NCBI GenBank assembly: GCA_016206145.1
Contig: JACQSA010000030.1
Span: 1-43,018, forward strand
Reading direction: 5' to 3'
From: Candidatus Uhrbacteria bacterium
GTDB taxonomy: Bacteria; Patescibacteriota; Patescibacteriia; JACQRZ01
DNA: 43,018 nt
In this document: one piece after another, positions 9,327 to 16,543 of the stretch
Position numbering within the stretch: position 1 is the first letter of the stretch
How the letters are laid out: each line of letters opens with the position of its first letter
Notes under the pieces: model-generated
Told to the model about the DNA's origin: nothing
The model's database searches: none
Seen by the model: only the letters and a program-made list of their open reading frames with translations
Position numbers and translations under genes: made by a program

Positions 9327-10421
9327 TTATAATAATACTTTTTTTACCACGTTTTCTCTCACCGGATGTGCCCATGCCCCATCTTTCTTATATATACTGC
9401 CAATTTCGGAGAGAAGAATGTATAGTGGTTTATCCCCCTGCTTCTTTTTATCATACTTGGTTGCTGCAATAATATCACGAGGTTTCCACTTCCGTAAGGC
9501 CTTTGTGCTAACACCGGCGCTTTTCAAAATACCCTCCACCTGTTTGAGTGATTGGGTGGAAAGTATGCCAAGTTCATGTGAAATGCGCGCTTCGATAAGC
9601 ATACCGAGCCCAACTGCGATGCCATGCAGTATAGAGTAGTTGCTCACTTTTTCAATCGCATGTCCGATCGTATGCCCGAAGTTTAACACCATGCGTTCAC
9701 CTTGCTCTTTTTCATCCTTTTCTACAATTCTCGCTTTCTCTTGCAGAGACGCTCGGATAATGTTCCGTAAAGCAATTTCAGATCTTTGTTTCATAACCCC
9801 CCTGAGTGATTTTTGCATTTCAGGCCGCATCGTGAGGGATATTTTGACAGCTTCCATAAGACCTGAACGCCAATGATCGTCTGAGAGTGTTTTAAGATAG
9901 GAAGTATTTACGAGCACAGCCGAAGGTTGCCAAAATGTTCCGATCGTATTTTTTCCATACGTAGTATCAATACCCGTTTTTCCACCAATAGAACTATCTA
10001 GCATTGCAAGGAGGGTGGTTGGGATTTGTATATACGGTACACCACGTAGGTACGTTGATGCCACGAAGCCAGCCATGTCCCCCACTACCCCTCCTCCGAG
10101 CGCAATGATGAGTGTATTGCGACCACATTCTTTTTTAAGAAGACCATGATCAAGCAGCGTTTTTACACCTTCGTTTTTAAACGTCTCTCCGGCAGGAAGT
10201 GAAAAGAGATGTACGCGGTTGATTTTTTTTCTCAATTGAAAAGCTAAAGCATTGCCATAGAGTCGTCGCACGGTTTTATCGGTGATAATTGCAATGGTGT
10301 GATTATGGAAATTTTTTTGTATCATTCGTACTAGCGTAGACACGACGTCTGATCCGATACTGATATGGTATGAGCGTATCGGTAGAGATGGGATGCGGAT
10401 GGTGAGTGTATGTGTTTTCAT
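9327..10421 (-). CDS. aroB: 3-dehydroquinate synthase
   Basis: 364 aa. GGGVVGDMAGFVA nucleotide-binding motif and NFGHTIGHAIE metal site. Confidence 0.95.
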   Translation of the reverse strand: MKTHTLTIRIPSLPIRSYHISIGSDVVSTLVRMIQKNFHNHTIAIITDKTVRRLYGNALAFQLRKKINRVHLFSLPAGETFKNEGVKTLLDHGLLKKECGRNTLIIALGGGVVGDMAGFVASTYLRGVPYIQIPTTLLAMLDSSIGGKTGIDTTYGKNTIGTFWQPSAVLVNTSYLKTLSDDHWRSGLMEAVKISLTMRPEMQKSLRGVMKQRSEIALRNIIRASLQEKARIVEKDEKEQGERMVLNFGHTIGHAIEKVSNYSILHGIAVGLGMLIEARISHELGILSTQSLKQVEGILKSAGVSTKALRKWKPRDIIAATKYDKKKQGDKPLYILLSEIGSIYKKDGAWAHPVRENVVKKVLL

Positions 10422-11458
10422 TTTTTATATTCTGCTATTTTTCTGAGGAGAGTGTCGGTTTGTTCCCATGAGAGGCACGGATCTGTAATTGAAAGTCCGT
10501 CACGATCTATTGTCTGTGGTGTGAGTGATTCTACTTTTTGCGCACCACCTTTGATGAAGCTTTCGATCATAAATCCTTTTACTATTTGGGCTAGCTCAGG
10601 ATGTTCGTGCAGTGTTTCAAGTGTTTGATGTACCACCGCGATTTGCGCCCGGTAGTCTTTTACTCCGTTCACTTTGCAATTGTCGTGACTGGCATCTACG
10701 ATGATCGCTGGGTTATGAACACCACTTTTCTCTATGAGTTGTTTTGCTTGTTGGAGATGATCGTATGAGTATGTGGGGCCATTGACTCCACCTCGCAAGA
10801 CCAGATGCGCATATTCATTGCCTTGTGTTTCGATTTGGTGTCCGTCGAGTACCGCCGTGTGTGGATGCTGTGCTGCCACAATGCTATTTACACCAAGATC
10901 AAGAAGGCCGCTTGTAGGATTCTTCATCCCAACAGCGCAATCTACTGCTGATGCAAAAATTCTATGCTCTTGATCTTCAGTGCTACGCGCGCCAATAGCA
11001 ACCCATGAGAGGAGTTCGATAAAGCCGCGTGCGTTATGCGTGAAGACCGCTTCATCTGCGATCGCAAGCCCTGCTTCAATCATCTCCACCATAAGTTTAC
11101 GCGAGTATGTGATTCCCTGTTCTATATCAGGTTCTTTGAATGGATCTGGCTGATTGACAGGCCCTGTCCACCCTTTTGTCGTCCGCGGTTTTTGTATATA
11201 TACACGCAGAACGATTTTAACTGTATCCTGAATTTTGTTTTTTATAGCCACAAGTCGACGGGCATATTCAGTCACGGCGTCGGATGGCCACGCAGAACAA
11301 GGGCCTACAATGACTAAGAAGCGAGCGTCTTTACCTGAAAGAATGTTTTTTATATCCTGCCTGTCTTGAGCTATTTGTGTATGGCCACGCGCTGAAAGCG
11401 GATGCGTCATGATGATTTCTTCCGCTGATGGAAGTTTTTTTATTACCGATATGTTCAT
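10418..11458 (-). CDS. aroG: 3-deoxy-7-phosphoheptulonate (DAHP) synthase, class I (AroF/G/H type)
   Basis: 346 aa. FLVIVGPCS, KPRTTKGWTG and ASHDNC motifs. ATGA overlap with aroB. Confidence 0.9.
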   Translation of the reverse strand: MNISVIKKLPSAEEIIMTHPLSARGHTQIAQDRQDIKNILSGKDARFLVIVGPCSAWPSDAVTEYARRLVAIKNKIQDTVKIVLRVYIQKPRTTKGWTGPVNQPDPFKEPDIEQGITYSRKLMVEMIEAGLAIADEAVFTHNARGFIELLSWVAIGARSTEDQEHRIFASAVDCAVGMKNPTSGLLDLGVNSIVAAQHPHTAVLDGHQIETQGNEYAHLVLRGGVNGPTYSYDHLQQAKQLIEKSGVHNPAIIVDASHDNCKVNGVKDYRAQIAVVHQTLETLHEHPELAQIVKGFMIESFIKGGAQKVESLTPQTIDRDGLSITDPCLSWEQTDTLLRKIAEYKK

Positions 11459-11589
11459 TCCGTTAGAAGCAGATCGCGATCAGAAGATGCGAGCCTGCGT
11501 AATTATGAGTAAGTTTCTTTTCATAGTATGGTAATGAGTATGGCCGTTACAAGCGATCGCGGCTTCTAACGGGATTCATAAAACAGGGT
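11459..11589 (-). promoter_or_regulatory. Structured intergenic element between tyrA and the DAHP synthase gene
   Basis: A perfect 11-bp long-range pairing (11460-11470 with 11562-11572) is extended by GATCGC/GCGATC (11473-11478 with 11553-11558). The helix ends one nt from the DAHP synthase ATG. Confidence 0.4.
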
Positions 11590-12345
11590 TTAGGGGCTAG
11601 GGATTAGGGATTTTTCAATGGATGTTAGCGTGGTAAACAATTTTTTGCGGATCGCGCGTGTGTAGGGATTATAGTGTTGCATGTCAGAAAACAGTTGCCA
11701 AGAGTCATGTCGCACCATTGTTTGCATAGAAAGTAGAGATTCATAATCTGGCGTCGAGATTCTTTGCTGTCGCAAGCGCAGTGGCTCCAAGCTCCTTCCT
11801 ATGAGATGGACGAGGGCTTGCGATCGAGCCATCGCCTTATCGTGTTGCAGGGGCGTTGCATGAATAAGCACAAGTCCAAGAGTTTTGAGCATACTCTCAA
11901 ATACTTTCATTTGATGTGGCGTTGCTCGGAGTCTGTGCAGTACAATCTTTTTTCCCGCAACTCCATTCTTTCCAGAATCAGGTCCAAACAGAGGGTGCGT
12001 CGCAATGAGCGGCTGATTTTTGGGAAGGAGTTTTTTCATAAGTCTTGCGGGATGAAGTTTTACGGAGCACCCGTCAATGACGAGCGTGTGTTTTTGTAGA
12101 AGTGGCGCTATATCTCTACAGCAGGATTCTATCTGAGAAATCGGAACAAGGAGAAATAGCATATCTGTCTTGACGACTTCCTCGAGGTTGGCAAAGCGAA
12201 CACCTCGAGGAATTCTTGCAGAAACTCCTCGTTTGTCATGTACAAGGATAGTACCAAAGGAAGTAAGGCAAGAAGTCCATAGCTTGCCAAATCGTCCATA
12301 GCCGATAACTCCAATTGTGATTTTGTTTTTCATAGATTTTGTCAT
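11590..12345 (-). CDS. tyrA: Prephenate dehydrogenase
   Basis: 251 aa. Rossmann motif IGVIGYGRFG plus a PDH-type C-terminal half. An alternative ATG lies at 12333. Confidence 0.85.
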   Translation of the reverse strand: MTKSMKNKITIGVIGYGRFGKLWTSCLTSFGTILVHDKRGVSARIPRGVRFANLEEVVKTDMLFLLVPISQIESCCRDIAPLLQKHTLVIDGCSVKLHPARLMKKLLPKNQPLIATHPLFGPDSGKNGVAGKKIVLHRLRATPHQMKVFESMLKTLGLVLIHATPLQHDKAMARSQALVHLIGRSLEPLRLRQQRISTPDYESLLSMQTMVRHDSWQLFSDMQHYNPYTRAIRKKLFTTLTSIEKSLIPSP

Positions 12346-12359
12346 CCTAAACGTTCTTG

Positions 12360-12504
12360 TGTGTCATTCCCGAGGGACTCCGATGGCTTTGAGTCCGATA
12401 TTCATCGGACCATCGGAGGAACCGTGGCAATCCCGTCGCAGGTCACGAGTATTCTGAGAGATTTCATTAGCGTCGGGATCCCTCGTTTGCACTCGGGATG
12501 ACAG
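12360..12504. repeat. ~145-bp palindromic, highly structured element between aroE and tyrA
   Basis: Inverted terminal copies of GTCAT(T)CCCGAG..GGGA (12363-12377 vs 12479-12502). Nested hairpins CTCCGATG/CATCGGAG and GTCCGAT/ATCGGAC. A related TGTGTCATTCCGA lies at 13305-13317. Confidence 0.5.
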
Positions 12505-13321
12505 AATGAATTTTTTCTTTTATCTCTCCCGAGACTTCCTCTCCTGCCCACAAATGAATTTGCGCAAACGCCTGTTCAAAAAACATATCAATGCCACTTA
12601 TTGTTTTTGCTTCCGCTTTTTTCGCTTCTCGCAAGAGTCGTGTCTCCCGTGGGTTGTATACGCAATCAAATACAACTTGATGTGGTGAGAAGGAAAAATT
12701 TGTAAGTGGAGTCTCGGTGGTGTTTGGGTACATTCCTACAGACGTTGTGTTAATTATGATGTCAAAATTCTTATTTTCCACTTCATCTCGCGTCAGAATT
12801 TCTCCACCAAAAACATTTTTAAGAGCCAAAGCTTTTTCATGGGTACGGTTGAGATAGGATAAGCGCCCGTCGTTTTTTTTGACCATCCAGGCGGCAGCTT
12901 TTGCTGCTCCACCCGCACCAATGATAAGAACTCCCTTGTCTTTCATTGCAGTATCATCGAATGCTTTCTGAATACCAATGACATCTGTGTTGTACCCACG
13001 GAGCACACCGTCCTTATTCACGATCGTATTAACTGACCCTATCTCCTTCGCCTCCTCATCTATGTTGTCGAGATATGCCATGATAGTTTCTTTATGAGGA
13101 ATAGTCACAGCTGTTAGATGGATGGGTAGAGTGCGTATGGTTTGTACGATCGATGGAAGGTCGGTGCAAGGAAATGCAAGCATGATCGCATCTATTCCTA
13201 GGAGTTCATAGGCGTTCGTATGAAGGAGTGGACTGAGTGAATGCTCGAGAGGATAGCCGATCACGGCATTCAGTTTTGTTCTATTCGTTGGGGTCATATC
13301 GTTTTGTGTCATTCCGATCAA
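12467..13321 (-). CDS. aroE: Shikimate dehydrogenase
   Basis: 284 aa. NAVIGYPLEHSLSPLLHN and GAGGAAKA motifs. The true start is probably an internal ATG (13312 or 13297). The last ~12 codons (VIPSANEGSRR) are supplied by the palindromic element. Confidence 0.9.
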   Translation of the reverse strand: MIGMTQNDMTPTNRTKLNAVIGYPLEHSLSPLLHTNAYELLGIDAIMLAFPCTDLPSIVQTIRTLPIHLTAVTIPHKETIMAYLDNIDEEAKEIGSVNTIVNKDGVLRGYNTDVIGIQKAFDDTAMKDKGVLIIGAGGAAKAAAWMVKKNDGRLSYLNRTHEKALALKNVFGGEILTRDEVENKNFDIIINTTSVGMYPNTTETPLTNFSFSPHQVVFDCVYNPRETRLLREAKKAEAKTISGIDMFFEQAFAQIHLWAGEEVSGEIKEKIHSVIPSANEGSRR

Positions 13322-13757
13322 GATGATGCAAAAAGTTCATAAGAGCTTCAACAGCTTCTTCGTACCCTTTTTCTTTTTTCCCGCTGATTTGGGTAATACA
13401 GGCAGGCGCGAAGACAGATTGCGCGCGCCACGCCTCTCGCGCGTGTATATCAGAGAGGTGTACTTCTATGCATGGCAAGCGAGTATCGACTATGGCATCA
13501 TGAAGCGCGTAGCTATAATGCGCGAGCGCCCCTGGGTTGATAATGATGCCGCACGCATCAGGAGAATTTTTTTGGATCCAATCAATCAATTCACCTTCGT
13601 GATTTGATTGGAACGCACGGACGGTATACCCACGCATCGCTGCCCTCACTTCTACAAGTTTTTCTAGATCAGCAAGCGTGAGTGATCCGTATTGTTCCTG
13701 ATCACGTGAGCCAAGGAGATTGAGATTTGGCCCATGAATCAATAAGATTGTTTTCAT
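13281..13757 (-). CDS. aroQ: Type II 3-dehydroquinate dehydratase
   Basis: 158 aa. LLIHGPNLNLLGSRDQEQYG and NPGALAHYSYALHDA motifs. Confidence 0.95.
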   Translation of the reverse strand: MKTILLIHGPNLNLLGSRDQEQYGSLTLADLEKLVEVRAAMRGYTVRAFQSNHEGELIDWIQKNSPDACGIIINPGALAHYSYALHDAIVDTRLPCIEVHLSDIHAREAWRAQSVFAPACITQISGKKEKGYEEAVEALMNFLHHLDRNDTKRYDPNE

Positions 13758-14284
13758 AGCTTTGGTTTTATGGTTTGAACGAGATTTTCGACAACTTCAT
13801 CAAGAGAGCCATTGTTTTGTATGGTTTCGGCGGCAATCTTTTCATAGACACTCTGTCTTTCTTCCCATATTCGTTCGAATGTCTGGTATGGATTTTCATC
13901 TGGTGAGAAAAATGCTGGCTTTCCCCGCAGCATAATCCGTTCGTATACCATTTCTTGTGGGCTCGATATAAGAATTGCACGATGATTTTGAATGAGCTCT
14001 TGATTGCGAGGGTCCATCGGCGTCCCGCCGCCTAGCGCTATGAGGATTTGCTTCTCAGCTGAGAGAATCTTTGCCAGCGTCTCATGTTCAAGATCCCGAA
14101 ATATTTTTTCGCCTTGGGAAGCGTAGATTTCTCTGCATGTCAAAGAATTATCCGTGCGTTGCAAGTGAGTCTTTTCTATTTCTCTATCAAGATCGATAAA
14201 CGGCAATTGCAATTCTTTACTTGCGCGCTGCCCGATGGTGGATTTTCCTACATGCTTGAATCCTATAAGGATAATGTGGCCCAT
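13754..14284 (-). CDS. aroK: Shikimate kinase
   Basis: 176 aa. P-loop IGFKHVGKST and ALGGG motif. 4-nt overlap with aroQ. Confidence 0.9.
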   Translation of the reverse strand: MGHIILIGFKHVGKSTIGQRASKELQLPFIDLDREIEKTHLQRTDNSLTCREIYASQGEKIFRDLEHETLAKILSAEKQILIALGGGTPMDPRNQELIQNHRAILISSPQEMVYERIMLRGKPAFFSPDENPYQTFERIWEERQSVYEKIAAETIQNNGSLDEVVENLVQTIKPKL

Positions 14285-14316
14285 AAGATTAGCGTTTAAG
14301 TTACAGGTTGTAGTGA

Positions 14317-15624
14317 TTATTGAATTTTTATATCTGCTCCGAGATTTTCCATGAGCTCCACAAACTCAGGGAAAGTTTTTTGTATCCCCTCTGCCGTATC
14401 GATCGTGGTCTCTCCTTCTGCCTTGAGTCCTGCTATTGCAAGAGCCATAATTGTTCGATGGTCATTGTATCCATGCAAAGTCGCTCCTGTAAGCGCGCTT
14501 TTTGAGATAGTCATCCCGTCAGATCTCTCTTCAATTTGTCCTCCCATTTTTTTGAGCTCTGTAGCCATTGAATGAATTCGGTCCGTCTCTTTGAGTCGCG
14601 CATGCTTAACATTTGTAAGAATAGTCTTTCCTTGTGTCACTGTCCCTAGTACGGCAAGTGTTGGCACAAGGTCTGGCGTATCATTGCAGTCGATTGATAT
14701 ACCGTGCAATTGTGTGCCGCCTCGTATTATGAGTCGTCCACCATCCACCGTGATTTGAGCGCCCATTTCTTGCAGAATCTCAATAATTTTTTTATCCCCC
14801 TGTGGGTCTTCCATATCAAGGCCATTGACGGTTACTTCTCCTTCGCTGATAGCCGCTGCGGCTATTATGTATGAGGCTTGAGAGAAGTCAGCGGGGATTT
14901 TTTTTGTGAATTGGTGATACTGTTGCCCGCCTTTTACCTTGAATGTGTCTTTTGTGCCATCAACCTTCCACTCGTACGATATACCCTGCTCATGGAGCCA
15001 TCTCGTTGTCATTTCCACATATGGTCGTTCGTTGAGATTTTCTACAGTTAAAATCGAGTCATGCTCAGCAAACGGAAGTGCCATGAGTAATGCTGAAGTA
15101 AATTGCGACGTGATTCCCTCTACAGAAGTTTCGCCACCCTTGAGTGACCCACTGATTCGTATGGGATATGATTCATTCCCCTCGAGTGACGCGACACTCA
15201 TTCCAAGATTTGAGAGTGCGTGTATCAATGGAGCAAAGGGGCGCTTGCGCATCTGATCTCCACAATCAATAATTACAGGAGAGTCGACATCGGAGCGGAG
15301 TCCTAGGATTGGGAGTAGGAATCGTGATGTGATCCCTGAATCTCCCGTGTATATAGCTGTCTCCGAGGTATAGAGAGGTGTTCCGCCACTTGTGACTTCA
15401 AGGAGAAGAGTTCTATCAGAATTTTTTTTGTGTTGAATTGATGCGCCCAACGCGGAACATACGGCAATCGCAGATTGTGTATCTGTTGAGTCAAGAGCGT
15501 GGTCAATGGTGCTTGTGCCCTTTGCGAGAGTAGCAATAAATAGCGCGCGGATCGTCTGCGATTTGGATGGTGGTGGCGTCATTGTGCCACTGAGTTGTTT
15601 TGTATTTTTTATAATGAGATTCAT
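14317..15624 (-). CDS. aroA: 3-phosphoshikimate 1-carboxyvinyltransferase (EPSP synthase)
   Basis: The track ORF runs to a TTG at 15651 that lies inside a hairpin/U-tract. ATG at 15624 (MNLIIKNTKQLSGTMTPPPSKSQTIRAL) aligns with the usual AroA N-terminus (LPGSKSxSNRAL). Confidence 0.95.
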   Translation of the reverse strand: MNLIIKNTKQLSGTMTPPPSKSQTIRALFIATLAKGTSTIDHALDSTDTQSAIAVCSALGASIQHKKNSDRTLLLEVTSGGTPLYTSETAIYTGDSGITSRFLLPILGLRSDVDSPVIIDCGDQMRKRPFAPLIHALSNLGMSVASLEGNESYPIRISGSLKGGETSVEGITSQFTSALLMALPFAEHDSILTVENLNERPYVEMTTRWLHEQGISYEWKVDGTKDTFKVKGGQQYHQFTKKIPADFSQASYIIAAAAISEGEVTVNGLDMEDPQGDKKIIEILQEMGAQITVDGGRLIIRGGTQLHGISIDCNDTPDLVPTLAVLGTVTQGKTILTNVKHARLKETDRIHSMATELKKMGGQIEERSDGMTISKSALTGATLHGYNDHRTIMALAIAGLKAEGETTIDTAEGIQKTFPEFVELMENLGADIKIQ

Positions 15625-15647
15625 ATAATTTGATAGTTGTCCTAGAA

Positions 15648-15672
15648 ACAAAAAAACCTCTTTTTCGAGGTT
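15648..15672 (-). terminator. Intrinsic terminator-like hairpin (AACCUC-GAAAAA-GAGGUU plus a U7 run) 24 nt upstream of the aroA ATG; the attenuator terminator
   Basis: Read on the minus strand: 6-bp stem, 6-nt loop, then a run of seven U. Its 5' arm can instead pair with an upstream segment (15711-15723). Confidence 0.6.
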
Positions 15673-15702
15673 CTTGTTGATTGACTGTATTGTGTATTCT
15701 TT

Positions 15703-15780
15703 TTATACGGCAACAAGGCCTCGATGCGCGAGGTTTACAAAATAAAATCCAAAAAAGAATTGTTTTGTTTGTTGACACAT
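15703..15780 (-). CDS. Candidate aro-operon leader peptide MCQQTKQFFFGFYFVNLAHRGLVAV
   Basis: 25 codons plus TAA, translated by hand from the minus strand. Six of seven consecutive codons (8-14) are Phe or Tyr. The ORF runs through attenuator segments 1 and 2. A perfect TATAAT lies 12 nt upstream of the ATG. Confidence 0.55.
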   Translation of the reverse strand: MCQQTKQFFFGFYFVNLAHRGLVAV

Positions 15781-15799
15781 AATATGTTTAGTATTATAG

Positions 15800-16405
15800 A
15801 TGAAACGATTTATGTCAAGAGCGAAAAAAATAAAACCTATTTACAGCAATAAGATCGCATCAATTCTTAAAGAAGGCGGAGTGGGAGTACTTCCTACCGA
15901 TACGCTCTATGGTATTGTCGGATCTACTCGGATTCCACAAGTAGTGAAGAGAATTTACGAGATTCGGAAGAGAGATCAAAAAAAACCATGCATTGTCCTT
16001 ATTGCCTCTCTAAAGAGCCTTGAAGAGTTTGGTATTCATATAAGTCCGGCACGAAAGAAAACATTGCAAAAACTATGGCCAGGACCTGTGAGCGTTATCT
16101 TTCCTTGTCGGTTAAAAAAATATCAATACTTGCATCGAGGCACAAAAACATTGGCTTTTCGCATGCCGGCAGACGAAAGGTTGAGAAAATTATTACAACG
16201 CACAGGTCCGCTTGTGGCTCCAAGCGCAAATATTGCGGGAAAACCTCCCGCACGCTCTCTGTTGCAGGCAAAGTTTTATTTCAAAAATGCTCTTGACTTT
16301 TATGTAGCTGGAGAAAAGCAAAAAAACCAATCCTCAACCCTAATTTCATTCAAGGGAAAAAAGATTGAAATAAAAAGAAAAGGCGTCAGTCAGATACCTT
16401 ATTGA
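15800..16405 (+). CDS. tsaC: L-threonylcarbamoyladenylate synthase (YrdC/TsaC domain)
   Basis: 201 aa. GGVGVLPTDTLYGIVG and VAPSANIAGKPP motifs. An alternative ATG lies at 15812. TTGACA-N17-TATAGA at 15772-15800 overlaps the first ATG. Confidence 0.85.
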   Translation: MKRFMSRAKKIKPIYSNKIASILKEGGVGVLPTDTLYGIVGSTRIPQVVKRIYEIRKRDQKKPCIVLIASLKSLEEFGIHISPARKKTLQKLWPGPVSVIFPCRLKKYQYLHRGTKTLAFRMPADERLRKLLQRTGPLVAPSANIAGKPPARSLLQAKFYFKNALDFYVAGEKQKNQSSTLISFKGKKIEIKRKGVSQIPY

Positions 16406-16422
16406 TTGTGGATAACCAAGTA

Positions 16423-16451
16423 TTCACACCTTCTCTCAAAAGGTGTATAAT
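16423..16451 (+). promoter_or_regulatory. sigma70-like promoter TTCACA-N17-TATAAT upstream of the 1152-aa gene
   Basis: Hexamers and spacing read directly. The spacer contains the inverted repeat CACCTT/AAGGTG. Confidence 0.45.
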
Positions 16452-16543
16452 AAAAGAAGTAAAGTCGAATCCATAAATTCGTAAATATTATTGTTCTCAA
16501 TAAAAAAGAGAACTTATTAATTCATAAGTCGTTTACTACCTTT

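Noticed and set aside
15625-15651. TTG start at 15651 that extends aroA by 9 codons (MFLGQLSNY).
   Set aside because: The TTG lies within the terminator U-tract/hairpin. ATG at 15624 gives an N-terminus that aligns with known AroA proteins.
15503-15778. 91-aa GTG-initiated ORF (MSTNKTILFWILFCKPRAS...) across the aroA leader and into aroA in another frame.
   Set aside because: It overlaps aroA out of frame and runs through the terminator. The in-phase ATG two nt upstream gives the compact 25-codon F/Y-rich ORF, which explains the RNA geometry much better.
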